A DNA stretch of 58,372 nt, taken from the NCBI GenBank assembly GCA_021806095.1, contig JAJZYD010000001.1:1-58372 (forward strand), written 5' to 3'. The position numbers and the translations under genes were made by a program. The notes under the pieces are model-generated. The model had not been told where the DNA came from. It did no database searches and saw only the letters and a list, made by a program, of their open reading frames with translations. The stretch is from Candidatus Micrarchaeota archaeon (GTDB lineage Archaea; Micrarchaeota; Micrarchaeia; Micrarchaeales; Micrarchaeaceae). Shown here piece after piece: positions 39,427-48,844 of the stretch (the first letter of the stretch is position 1; each line of letters begins with the position of its first letter).

Positions 39427-40665
39427 TTAATAAACATTTTTTACCAGCCAATTAATTTGCTTTTCTTCAATATTAAAATTTCTTTCAAAACAAGAATAAA
39501 TTTTATCATCATCTTTATTATTTTGAAGTGCATTTCTAATCATATATGCTATCATAATTATTTCATTATTCATAATTCTAAATGTTCCTATATGTATTTT
39601 GCGTCTTAAATGTGTTGCAATTTCAAACAGCTTATTTCTAGATTCTTTTGATTTGCTTAATTCACTAATTCTCTTTGGAAATGAATATCTTTTATATTTA
39701 TTTGGATAAGAATGCTTTGAAAGTGCAATACCACTTGATATAAAAACATTTGTGTATCTCCAATATGCATAATATTGGATCTTTGATGCTCTATTAAAAA
39801 ACATACTGCCAAGTGATAGCATTTTATATGCAGCAGATATTTCATCAATATTATTATACCTATTAGTTATATTTTCATCAATCCACTGCATAAGCATCGA
39901 ATTTTCAACATCTGAATTTTGAATTGCGATAAGTGGTGCAGAATAAGTATTCGCAAAAAAAATTCTATCAAGAGTTGTAAATATATCTATTTTTCTATCT
40001 CTTACTCCAATAACCTCCGTGTATGATGATGGTGCATTATTTAGTACAAACAGATCCGATATTGCACTTCTTACATCGCCATTCGAATGATTTGAGATAT
40101 GGTCTATTATTTCTTTACTTGTTTTTATATTATATTTGTCTGCAATTTTTGTCAAAAACTGTGAAAGTTCATCTATATGCACACTGTTAAATTTTATCTG
40201 CTCTGTGCGCTCTCTTAAAAATGTTATCTTCTTATTCCATACATCATTTGCTGTAAATATTATAGGATTTTTTGAATTAACTATTAAATTAATTAATGCA
40301 GATGATGCCCCTTTATCAAATTTAGTAGAAAGTTCATCAATTTCATCAAGAAATATGAGGTTTTTTTGGCCAAACAATGTTCTACTTTGTGATGCAGCGG
40401 TCAATAGTCTTTCTATTGATTCTTTATCTCGATAATCACTTGCATTTAGTTCAACAATATGCCATTTGAATATTTTGGCAATAAGATTAACTATAGTTGT
40501 TTTGCCTACTCCTGAAGGTCCATAAATCATAAGTGGTCTGCGTCTTATATTATTATTTATATCTAATGCAAATTTTTTTATTTGTGATATTGCTTCTTTA
40601 TTACCTATAATTTCATCTATACTCTCAGGTTTGAATGATATATTATATGATTGTGATTCGTACAT
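39427..40665 (-). CDS. rfcL: Replication factor C large subunit
   Basis: 'KPESIDEIIGN', 'GPSGVGKTT', 'ELNASDYR', 'DEID', 'GDVRSAI', 'WIDENI'. Confidence 0.93.
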   Translation of the reverse strand: MYESQSYNISFKPESIDEIIGNKEAISQIKKFALDINNNIRRRPLMIYGPSGVGKTTIVNLIAKIFKWHIVELNASDYRDKESIERLLTAASQSRTLFGQKNLIFLDEIDELSTKFDKGASSALINLIVNSKNPIIFTANDVWNKKITFLRERTEQIKFNSVHIDELSQFLTKIADKYNIKTSKEIIDHISNHSNGDVRSAISDLFVLNNAPSSYTEVIGVRDRKIDIFTTLDRIFFANTYSAPLIAIQNSDVENSMLMQWIDENITNRYNNIDEISAAYKMLSLGSMFFNRASKIQYYAYWRYTNVFISSGIALSKHSYPNKYKRYSFPKRISELSKSKESRNKLFEIATHLRRKIHIGTFRIMNNEIIMIAYMIRNALQNNKDDDKIYSCFERNFNIEEKQINWLVKNVY

Positions 40666-40691
40666 TTATAATCACAAATTTATTGTTAATA

Positions 40692-41057
40692 TTAATTATG
40701 TGAAGGCGATATTTGTTTGAGCTTCAACATATTCCTATATTTATTAACCAATGCAACTGCCTGCGACACAGCTTTAATAACATCTGCTCTTGTATGTGCT
40801 CCTGTACATATCACCTTGCCATTCTTGAAAAGAAGGAGTGCCGCCTTGGGTTCGTGTATTTTTAATATTGCCCCTGGAAATTGTTCTGGTTCATAATCAA
40901 TATCTGGGGATATTTTAGCAAGATTATAAAGGTCAAGATCAACTTTCATATCTGCGCTTGCAACAATATTTTCTACATGATATGTTGGTTTTAATACAAC
41001 ATGTTTATACTTTGTCTCTATTTTTTTTGCATTTTTTCTTTCCTTTTTTCTTACCAT
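40692..41057 (-). CDS. TATA-box-binding protein family, single TBP repeat only (121 aa)
   Basis: 'ENIVASAD...LDL...YEPEQFPGAI....PKAALLLF.NGKVICTGA' occurs once; basic N-terminal extension. Confidence 0.85.
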   Translation of the reverse strand: MVRKKERKNAKKIETKYKHVVLKPTYHVENIVASADMKVDLDLYNLAKISPDIDYEPEQFPGAILKIHEPKAALLLFKNGKVICTGAHTRADVIKAVSQAVALVNKYRNMLKLKQISPSHN

Positions 41058-41309
41058 TTCAACACCAATTAAGCAAAATATGTATCAAAGCACAATTCTC
41101 CAATGCTTTGTGTTATTTGTTATAATTATATTTTTGAAATATTTAATATAATTTTTAATATATTTAATATAATAATATATAAATATATAATATAATGCTT
41201 GATATTCTACCTTATCTAAAAATTCTTAAATAATTGTTATAATAATAAATATCGCAATAATAAGAAATTATTAAATTATAAATAGTAAAATATAAATCTT
41301 TTAAATTTC

Positions 41310-43079
41310 TTATTTTAAAATTTTATTTATAAAAACAAATGAATCTTCTTCTTCCCCGATTTTTGTAAAATTATTTTTTGTCAATAAAGTTATTGAAGCA
41401 GTATTTTTCTTTTTTGATAATGCGTATACTTCTTTTATATTTATATCATTCATTTTTTTAATTATTTTGTTTAATAAGTCTGTTGCAATTCCTTTGCGCC
41501 TATATTCCTGTTTTATAGCAATACCCAATTCAAAGCGCTTTTTATTTTGATTCCATACAACGTTTGAAAAACCCACTACTACATTTATTGAATTATTTAT
41601 TGCTAAAAGAAAATATCCTTTTTTCATTTCCATATTTCTTATATTGTATCCAATCCATTTATCAATATCTATTATTTTATATAACTCCATTTGACTGTCT
41701 TCTTCTTTTTTAAGATCATTTATAAGTTTTTTAATGTGCTCTAAATAATCTAAATTTAAAGGTATTAATACAATTTTCTTAATCTCTTTATAATAATAAT
41801 ACTCTAGCAAATATCTTAATATTTCATTAATTACTGTACAAGAATATTTATCTATAAATCCTAATTTGCCTGTTTTTGTATATATATCATATGCACAACT
41901 TCCTCCACATAATCCAAGAGCAGGACAATTCCAGCATTCCTCATTATATAGAGGAATGCCCATTTTTATCCATTCATACATTAAAGGATTCTTGGTAGCT
42001 AAGAAACCGTTTGCTATTTTATCTTGATACAAATCTGCGGTAAAAAATGCTTGACATGGTCCAAGGGTTCCTTTTGGTGAAAATGCAATTTGCTGACCAT
42101 ACGCAGGACAGTCATAAAATTTAGGTATTTCATTAAATAAAGATTCTGCCCGTCTTCTTCCTATCCTATCCTCATATATATTTAATTCTTGAGCTCTTGT
42201 AAATCCCCTAAATAAATAATATGCAAGAATTTTAGGATCTTCAACTGCATAATCTTTATTTGTTGCATCAAGAATAATATTAAAACCAATTGCTTTAACA
42301 CCTAATTCATAAAAGAAATCAACTATTTTATCAAGAAAAAGATAATTGAATTTTGTTACTGTGCAAGATATTCCAGGTGATATTCCATTTTGTTTTAATA
42401 TAGACAGTGCTTTTATTACATCAAAAAAACTTTCATTGTTATTTTTATATACTCTATTTTTATTTAAATTTCCCCACCCATCTAAGGACAAACTGATACC
42501 AAAAGCATGTTCTTTAAAATATTTAGCTATTTCATCATTCATTAGACTTCCATTAGTTATTATACTAAATTTAAATTTGTCTTTATTGATTGCTTCAAAT
42601 TGTTCTACAAAATATTTTAAAATTTTAATGTTTAATAAAGGTTCACCCCCATAAAATATAATCTTATATTTATCAATATTTTTAGAATTATTCTTTATAA
42701 TCTTGATAATGTTGTCTGCTTGATTCTCATTCATAAAACTGCGTTTTGAAGAAAGTGCATTTTCAATATAACAATATTTACATCTAAAATTACATTCATC
42801 AGTTAATAAAATATAAGACATTGAAGGATTTGGTGCTTTAATTGTTTTAGTTTGAATTATTTTATTAATAGCTTCTTTTTTATTATAATTATCATTTACT
42901 ATAAACTTTAGTTTTTTTAGATTTTCTACGCTCTCATTATCTGCATTAGTTTGTATATCCTTAATCAATTGTTTATACTCAATATTGTTCATATATACTT
43001 TTTTTAATGAGAGAGAATGAAATAAACATATTTGATCCTTGCAACAATCAAATACATAAACAAATGGAGATATTTTCAA
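41310..43079 (-). CDS. Radical SAM/SPASM peptide maturase with putative N-terminal RRE and fused C-terminal GNAT acetyltransferase
   Basis: CxxxCxxC 'CNFRCKYC', 'YGGEPLL', 'TNG', 'SLDG'. SPASM 'CPAY...GPC...CWNCPALGLCGGSC...SC'. GNAT 'ELGIAIKQEYRRKGIAT...NTASITLLTKNNF'. TTG start after AAGTGA. Confidence 0.9.
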   Translation of the reverse strand: MKISPFVYVFDCCKDQICLFHSLSLKKVYMNNIEYKQLIKDIQTNADNESVENLKKLKFIVNDNYNKKEAINKIIQTKTIKAPNPSMSYILLTDECNFRCKYCYIENALSSKRSFMNENQADNIIKIIKNNSKNIDKYKIIFYGGEPLLNIKILKYFVEQFEAINKDKFKFSIITNGSLMNDEIAKYFKEHAFGISLSLDGWGNLNKNRVYKNNNESFFDVIKALSILKQNGISPGISCTVTKFNYLFLDKIVDFFYELGVKAIGFNIILDATNKDYAVEDPKILAYYLFRGFTRAQELNIYEDRIGRRRAESLFNEIPKFYDCPAYGQQIAFSPKGTLGPCQAFFTADLYQDKIANGFLATKNPLMYEWIKMGIPLYNEECWNCPALGLCGGSCAYDIYTKTGKLGFIDKYSCTVINEILRYLLEYYYYKEIKKIVLIPLNLDYLEHIKKLINDLKKEEDSQMELYKIIDIDKWIGYNIRNMEMKKGYFLLAINNSINVVVGFSNVVWNQNKKRFELGIAIKQEYRRKGIATDLLNKIIKKMNDINIKEVYALSKKKNTASITLLTKNNFTKIGEEEDSFVFINKILK

Positions 43080-43104
43080 GTATTCACTTAATTATTGTTA
43101 AAAA

Positions 43105-43275
43105 TTATAGTAATTCTATTATTTTTATATTATTGTCTTGTGGGCCACTGCATATACAATCGCAATCATTTCCGTCACAATCGCCTCCACCACAATAACC
43201 ATAATCGCATTCACTACATACATTCGATTCTATATCTTTTTGATTATATAGTAATATAGGTTTTGATATTTTCAT
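43105..43275 (-). CDS. Putative Cys-rich RiPP (ranthipeptide-like) precursor peptide, 56 aa; absent from the ORF track
   Basis: MKISKPILLYNQKDIESNVCSECDYGYCGGGDCDGNDCDCICSGPQDNNIKIIELL*. ATG preceded by AGTGGT; stop lies 25 bp before the maturase start on the same strand. Confidence 0.85.
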   Translation of the reverse strand: MKISKPILLYNQKDIESNVCSECDYGYCGGGDCDGNDCDCICSGPQDNNIKIIELL

Positions 43276-43305
43276 GTTACCACTATAATACTCTCACTGG
43301 AAAGC

Positions 43306-43320
43306 TTTAAATATCTTGCA
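43306..43320 (-). promoter_or_regulatory. Putative BRE/TATA promoter of the precursor-maturase operon
   Basis: Minus strand reads GCAAGA-TATTTAAA, ending about 30 nt upstream of the precursor ATG. Confidence 0.45.
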
Positions 43321-43511
43321 TGCTTTTGCTTTTGTATTAGATTGATTTAAAATAAAAAATAAGATTTTAAAAGAGGATGAAACAATAAATATAAATTTAA
43401 TCCATCAGATCAAGATATGCCCTATTTATATAACAATAAAACAGCACAAGAAGTAATTGAAAAAAAAAAAGAAAAAGGTAGGAAACAATATTTATTTCAT
43501 TTTATAAAATT

Positions 43512-44408
43512 CTATTTTTTATTGCTTGAGATGAATACTAATAAAGCTTCATTAATTATTAATTTATTCCTTGCCTGCTCCCATACTATGCTCTGCTTTC
43601 CGTCAAGTATATCAGAAGTTATTTCCTCACCTCTATGTGCTGGTAAGCAGTGCATGACCTTTGCTGATGGAGCAATTTTTAGAACCGATGAGTTAAGCTG
43701 ATAAGGAGCAAATAGTTTTTTGCGATTTTCTGCTTCTACTTCTTGGCCCATACTAACAAATGTATCTGTATATATGAAGTCCGCATCTTTTACACCTTCT
43801 TTTATTGAATCTGTAATATTAATATTGAAATCTTTATTGTTTTCTTCTGCAATTTTTATAATGCCGCTGTTAGGATTATATTTTTTTGGGCCAATCAAAC
43901 TAATCTTCATGCCAAATTTTGATGCAACAAGCATTAATGAATTTGCGGTATTGGCTGCTATGTCTCCTATAAAGGCAACTTTTCCGCTTTTTAATTTTTT
44001 ATATTTTTTCATTGTATAGACGTCGGCAAGCGCCTGTGTTGGATGTTCTAAATCAGTAAGCGAATTGATTACCTGGGCTGAGGAATATTCTGCCATGGTT
44101 TTGATATCTTTATGATTATAAAGTCGTGCAGCTATAAAATCAGAGTATAATCCAAGAATCTTTGATGTATCTTCAATGCTTTCGCCTCTCGACATATGTG
44201 TTGTCGATGAATCAATATAAGAAGATGAGCCACCTAATCGGGCTATTGCAACTTCAAATGATAGCCTTGTTCTTGTTGAAGGTTTTTCAAAGAAGAGCGT
44301 TAAAAATTTCTTTACTTTAAAGGACTTCCCTGATGATATTTGGTCTGCAATCAAAAATATTTTGTTAATATCATTGAGACTAAGATCATTAGCACTTAGT
44401 ATATGCAT
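43512..44408 (-). CDS. argF: Ornithine carbamoyltransferase
   Basis: 'FEKPSTRTR', 'HPTQALAD', 'YTDTFVSMG', 'HCLPAHRG', 'QARNK'. Confidence 0.95.
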   Translation of the reverse strand: MHILSANDLSLNDINKIFLIADQISSGKSFKVKKFLTLFFEKPSTRTRLSFEVAIARLGGSSSYIDSSTTHMSRGESIEDTSKILGLYSDFIAARLYNHKDIKTMAEYSSAQVINSLTDLEHPTQALADVYTMKKYKKLKSGKVAFIGDIAANTANSLMLVASKFGMKISLIGPKKYNPNSGIIKIAEENNKDFNINITDSIKEGVKDADFIYTDTFVSMGQEVEAENRKKLFAPYQLNSSVLKIAPSAKVMHCLPAHRGEEITSDILDGKQSIVWEQARNKLIINEALLVFISSNKK

Positions 44409-44453
44409 TCCTAATCATCCATTAAAGATTAAATAATATAAAACAAATAAATA

Positions 44454-44924
44454 TCAGCCAAAGATTGATCCAAATCCTTGATTTGCCCTTGAATCTTCAT
44501 CTTCTTTTATTGCTATAAATTTCTTTTCTATTTCAGGATCTGTTCTTTTTATTGTTTTAAAGTCTCTTTTAAATTTTTCTTCTGCAAGATCTAAAAATTC
44601 ATCTGTCGCTTTTAAATAAAGATAGCTTTTGCTTGTTTCTATTCCAAGTGCTCTACCTTCCCTTAAATCATAATCTTGTCTAACAAAGATAACATTTGCA
44701 AGTTTATCTTCTGAAAGCTTCTTCAATGATTCAGCAGCTCTTGCTTCTTTATCTTTATATTCCTTAAGCTGTTCTGGTGTCATTTTAGCTATATCTTTAT
44801 TACTGAGTTCCGGCACTTTAGGTATTAAATTATTATCTAAATAAGGATCGTAGCTTAATACCTTCTTTAATTCTTTAACCTCTGATTCATCACATTCATA
44901 TACACGCATAGCCACTTTAAGCAC
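44454..44924 (-). CDS. Hypothetical protein coupled to rps8e
   Basis: Overlaps the rps8e stop; well-formed charged 156-aa ORF ending 'GFGSIFG'. Function not recognised. Confidence 0.75.
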   Translation of the reverse strand: MLKVAMRVYECDESEVKELKKVLSYDPYLDNNLIPKVPELSNKDIAKMTPEQLKEYKDKEARAAESLKKLSEDKLANVIFVRQDYDLREGRALGIETSKSYLYLKATDEFLDLAEEKFKRDFKTIKRTDPEIEKKFIAIKEDEDSRANQGFGSIFG

Positions 44925-45327
44925 CTACTAATTTTGCATTTATGCTTCCATCTCTTCCAGGCCTGTTTATTACTTCAACTTTACCTAATTCAGTGTTTAA
45001 AATAGTCCCTTTTGTTATAATATTTTGTCTGGCAAAGTTTTTGTTGTCTTTTGATTCAAGCACACCTTTTATTTTAACTTTTTTGTAACCTTCCTTTGTT
45101 AAAACATTAGCATAAGCCGCATGCTTCAATACAACACTTCTTCTGCCACCTCGTCTTCTTACTGTCTTAACTTTATTTTTATCCTCTTTTACATCTGCAA
45201 GTTTTGTCGATACAAAATAATTTCCTATTTCACTTCTTTTTTTGTCTCTAAATTTTATCTTCTTTTTACCATTCCCAACTTTCTTTGTATGGGATTTTCT
45301 ATGTAGTTGTACTCCAAATTGACTCAT
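44917..45327 (-). CDS. rps8e: 30S ribosomal protein S8e
   Basis: 'VRRRGG', 'FARQNIITKGTILNTELG....NRPGRDGSINA'. Confidence 0.96.
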   Translation of the reverse strand: MSQFGVQLHRKSHTKKVGNGKKKIKFRDKKRSEIGNYFVSTKLADVKEDKNKVKTVRRRGGRRSVVLKHAAYANVLTKEGYKKVKIKGVLESKDNKNFARQNIITKGTILNTELGKVEVINRPGRDGSINAKLVGA

Positions 45328-45467
45328 TTAATCACTGATTTTATATATTTTTAAATTATAATTAAATTATTATCAATCTTTCTGATAATAAATTATATAT
45401 TACTATCGATTATATTCATGATCTATGCTTTCTTTAAATATATAAATTAATTCTATAATTTTGTTTT

Positions 45468-46028
45468 TTAGTTTAAATTTTTTCTATATAATTCTATGTA
45501 CTCTGGTTTGCCGCTCTTCAATCTGCTTTCAATTATTTTGATTGCGCTGCAAGTGAAAGTACCAAATTCAAATGTCTGTTTCTCTTTTATTATAGATAAG
45601 AATTTATTCCTATTATTATAATCTATATACTTGACTCTTGCTAATGTTATATGCGGCTTATAAACTTTTTTGATATCTGCATTCAATTTTGAAGCTGTTG
45701 GAAGCAAATAATTATATATTTTATTTATATTATCAGTATTTTCTATATCTGCAAATATTATTCGTAAATTTTTACCGTCAAAAGTATTGAAACTTTTTAA
45801 TGAAATCTTAAAACTTTGCATATCAAGTTTATCAAGCAGTTCTTTTATTTCTTCTAGTTTGTCTTTTTGTACATGTTCAAAAAAGAATAGTGTTATATGC
45901 AATTGACTTATATCTACTATTTTTACATTATCTTTGATTGGTTTAAGAAAATTTTTTGCGCTATTATGTAGAATTCTTTTTGCTTCATCTGGCAATTCTA
46001 TAGCAATGAAAGCTCTAATCATATCCAT
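45468..46028 (-). CDS. thpR: RNA 2',3'-cyclic phosphodiesterase / 2'-5' RNA ligase
   Basis: 'RAFIAIELP' and two HxT motifs ('HITLFF', 'PHITLAR'). Confidence 0.93.
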   Translation of the reverse strand: MDMIRAFIAIELPDEAKRILHNSAKNFLKPIKDNVKIVDISQLHITLFFFEHVQKDKLEEIKELLDKLDMQSFKISLKSFNTFDGKNLRIIFADIENTDNINKIYNYLLPTASKLNADIKKVYKPHITLARVKYIDYNNRNKFLSIIKEKQTFEFGTFTCSAIKIIESRLKSGKPEYIELYRKNLN

Positions 46029-46169
46029 ATTATCAATATTTATTATTTATATTTAATTTTTATATATAAAGTGCCTTTTTATAGATTTCTTTTATAAATA
46101 TATATTATCGTTAATTTATTATTAATTTATTGTTAATTATCATTAAATTTATATTAAAATTTTCGAACT

Positions 46170-46883
46170 TTGATCAATGATGTTTATAATTTTAAATTTG
46201 ATAGCAGTGTTTTTATGGAGTATAAAGATTATAGTGATGTTACAGTAATAATTCCAGTAAAAAATGAACCAATGATAGAAGAAGTGTTAAAGGATATTAT
46301 AAATAAATTGAAAAATTGCAAGGTAATCATTGTATATAATGGAAATATAAACATAAAAAACAATCATAAAAATTTAATGCAGCTCAAGCAGAATTCAAAT
46401 GGAAAAGGCATGGCTTGTGTTGAAGCGTCTAAATATGTTAAAACAAATATAATGTGCTTTATAGATGGAGATAAAACATACGAAGTAAATGATCTCAAAA
46501 AGCTTGTCGAATTGGTTAGGAATGATGCAGATTTGGCAATAGGAGACAGACAAATAACAAAGCTTGATAAAAAAGTAATGCCAGATTATGTTAAAATAGG
46601 AAATTTAATTTTGACATATATTGAAAGGATATTGTATAAATTGGATATAAGAGACTCACAGACAGGTATAAGAGTAATAAAAACAAAAGTTTTTAAAAAA
46701 CTTAATATAAACGAAAAAGAATTTGGAATAGAATCAGAAATGAATATAAAAGCAAAAAAAATGAATTTGAAGATTGTTGAAATACCTGTAAGTTATTATC
46801 AACGAAGCGATAACGCCAGGCATTCAAAACCTATTGGTGGTTTTAAACTTTTATGGATAAATCTAAAATATTTATTTAAATAA
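46170..46883 (+). CDS. Family 2 glycosyltransferase (Dol-P-Man synthase-like)
   Basis: 'VIIPVKNE', 'GKG', DxD 'IDGD', 'DSQTG', 'EIPVSY'. True start probably the ATG of 'MEYKDY'. Confidence 0.9.
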   Translation: MINDVYNFKFDSSVFMEYKDYSDVTVIIPVKNEPMIEEVLKDIINKLKNCKVIIVYNGNINIKNNHKNLMQLKQNSNGKGMACVEASKYVKTNIMCFIDGDKTYEVNDLKKLVELVRNDADLAIGDRQITKLDKKVMPDYVKIGNLILTYIERILYKLDIRDSQTGIRVIKTKVFKKLNINEKEFGIESEMNIKAKKMNLKIVEIPVSYYQRSDNARHSKPIGGFKLLWINLKYLFK

Positions 46884-46884
46884 T

Positions 46885-47496
46885 TTATTTATATTTAAAA
46901 ACAGAAGAAAATATATCTAATATTATATCATTAAATTTATTTGGCTCATTAATATAACAAGCATGTCCTGCACCAATTATTACCTTTACTTCCCCATTAT
47001 ATTTTTCTAAAATTTCTCTGCCTTTTTCATGATCCGAAATTTTATCTTCTGAACCCCATATACCAAAGATAGGTACTTTTATCATATCAAAATTTATCTT
47101 TTCAATATCCACAGGCCCTACAAGCACTAATGCATTAATATTATCATTGTTTTCTGCTGCTTTTGCTGCAATATAAGCTCCAGCACTACACCCCAATAAT
47201 ATTTTCTTCTTTTGAATGCCTTTAGTTAATTCTTTGACAATATTAATTATTTCTCCTTCGTCTAATTTAATATTATTTCTGCTTTTCGGGAATCCTGGTA
47301 CATCAAAGGCAAGCATCTGTATCTTTTTGTTGTAAAGAAGTTTTGATAAACCAATATTATCCCAAATGTCTGAATTAAAACTATAACCATGTAATAAAAT
47401 AAGTGCATATTGTGAATCTATAGAATTCATATAATAAATATAATCATTGCCTTGATATTTAAAATTATATTTCTCCATTAAATTACCTATCCTCAT
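46885..47496 (-). CDS. Alpha/beta hydrolase
   Basis: 'LLHG', 'DVPGF', nucleophile 'GCSAG', 'WGSED', 'AGHACY'. Confidence 0.9.
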   Translation of the reverse strand: MRIGNLMEKYNFKYQGNDYIYYMNSIDSQYALILLHGYSFNSDIWDNIGLSKLLYNKKIQMLAFDVPGFPKSRNNIKLDEGEIINIVKELTKGIQKKKILLGCSAGAYIAAKAAENNDNINALVLVGPVDIEKINFDMIKVPIFGIWGSEDKISDHEKGREILEKYNGEVKVIIGAGHACYINEPNKFNDIILDIFSSVFKYK

Positions 47497-47671
47497 ACAA
47501 ATTATTTCTATATATTTTATAAATATTTATTTTTTAATATGTTTATTTATAAATATTACAATATTACTAATTCAATAATATTAATAATGTTTTTGGTATT
47601 AACCTTTAAAATTTATTTAATAAGAAAATGAAAGCAGAAAAAAATATTTATAGTTATAATTTTATTTTTAT

Positions 47672-48823
47672 TTATGGTTGCATCCAATCAATCTCATAAT
47701 ATTCATAAGTGCTTTTTGGAAGTTCTATTTTAATTACTTTATAATAAGTTATTGCAGTTTCTCTATCTGCTATTGCAATAATAAGCTCAAGCTTCTTATC
47801 TTTTGCTTCGTTTATTATTGCACTTAGTTCAGCACCCCCTATTTTTTCTTCTTCGCTTAAAGATAACATTGCATATTTTGGCTTGCTTGTATCTGGTGTT
47901 TCAATATTATTATTTTTTCTGTGATATAACATAAAATCTATATTTATACTCCTTTTTCTACTTTTTCCAGGTATCGCAAGAATAAATGTCTTGCGAACGG
48001 AGTGTGCAACTCTTATCGCTCTGGCCCATTCAGAAATTAACAGTTTGGTATCTCTTGGGAATACATGTATAACATGTTTTGAATGCACCCAGTCATCATT
48101 TTTTATGGGTTTTGCACCAGGAAAATAAAGTCTAAAATGAGTTCCAAATTTAAATCCGGTTTTAATAACATAACCTTTGCTCCTCCAATCTTTATAAACT
48201 TGATAAAGCTTTATGAAGTCATTTCTTCGTTTTGTAGCAAGTTCAATAATACTGCTTTTATTATAGCCTTTTATATTAAGGATATTATTTTCCAGAAGAA
48301 ACAAGGTTTCATATATATCTAATTTGTTTAGTATACCCCTGTCGCTAAGTTTATATGTTCCATATTGGCCTAGCCAGTACTGTTCATAAAGCTCTTTTCC
48401 TATAATAGGTTCATCAATTACTGTTGTAAGGTCGTATGGAAAGAATAATCCCTCTATTGGTTTTATATTAAGCTTTAATTCGGATAAAGGATATTTTTTT
48501 TCTGGTAGTTTTGTTCCGATGCCATGTATTGAATCAAGTTTTTTTATTATCAAGCCCCTATCACGCCAATCTTTATAAGTCAAGTATCTTGCAAGTAATT
48601 TTCCATTCAATCCAAATCTTTCTGCAACTTTCCCAAAGCTCAATTCCTTTTTGTTATAGCTACAAGTTGCACCTCTAACATCAATCAAATAAAGAACCTC
48701 TTCAGATTCTAAATAAAGTAGTCTGTCCTTCATAAATCCAAAATATCCTTTTGCAAGGATATCTTTTGTTTGCTGGTCTGATGCAATAACCTCTTTCTTG
48801 CTTATGAAATCTAATTTTAGCAA
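47672..48823 (-). CDS. endA: tRNA-intron endonuclease, size and architecture of the three-unit epsilon2 (ARMAN) type
   Basis: Duplicated 'YKDWR..G' units; catalytic unit 'KTGFKFGTHFRLY...HSKH...RVAHSVRK'; 383 aa. Confidence 0.9.
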   Translation of the reverse strand: MLKLDFISKKEVIASDQQTKDILAKGYFGFMKDRLLYLESEEVLYLIDVRGATCSYNKKELSFGKVAERFGLNGKLLARYLTYKDWRDRGLIIKKLDSIHGIGTKLPEKKYPLSELKLNIKPIEGLFFPYDLTTVIDEPIIGKELYEQYWLGQYGTYKLSDRGILNKLDIYETLFLLENNILNIKGYNKSSIIELATKRRNDFIKLYQVYKDWRSKGYVIKTGFKFGTHFRLYFPGAKPIKNDDWVHSKHVIHVFPRDTKLLISEWARAIRVAHSVRKTFILAIPGKSRKRSINIDFMLYHRKNNNIETPDTSKPKYAMLSLSEEEKIGGAELSAIINEAKDKKLELIIAIADRETAITYYKVIKIELPKSTYEYYEIDWMQP

Positions 48824-48844
48824 AATAATCCCTAAATACTTTTA

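Noticed and set aside
41086..41110. 7-bp inverted repeat CAAAGCA/TGCTTTG upstream of the TBP-like gene
   Set aside because: Short and single; cannot be distinguished from chance without comparative data.
43007..43198. 63-aa plus-strand ORF in the track
   Set aside because: Antisense shadow of the precursor and the maturase start. The minus-strand frame has the SD, the promoter and a coherent Cys pattern.
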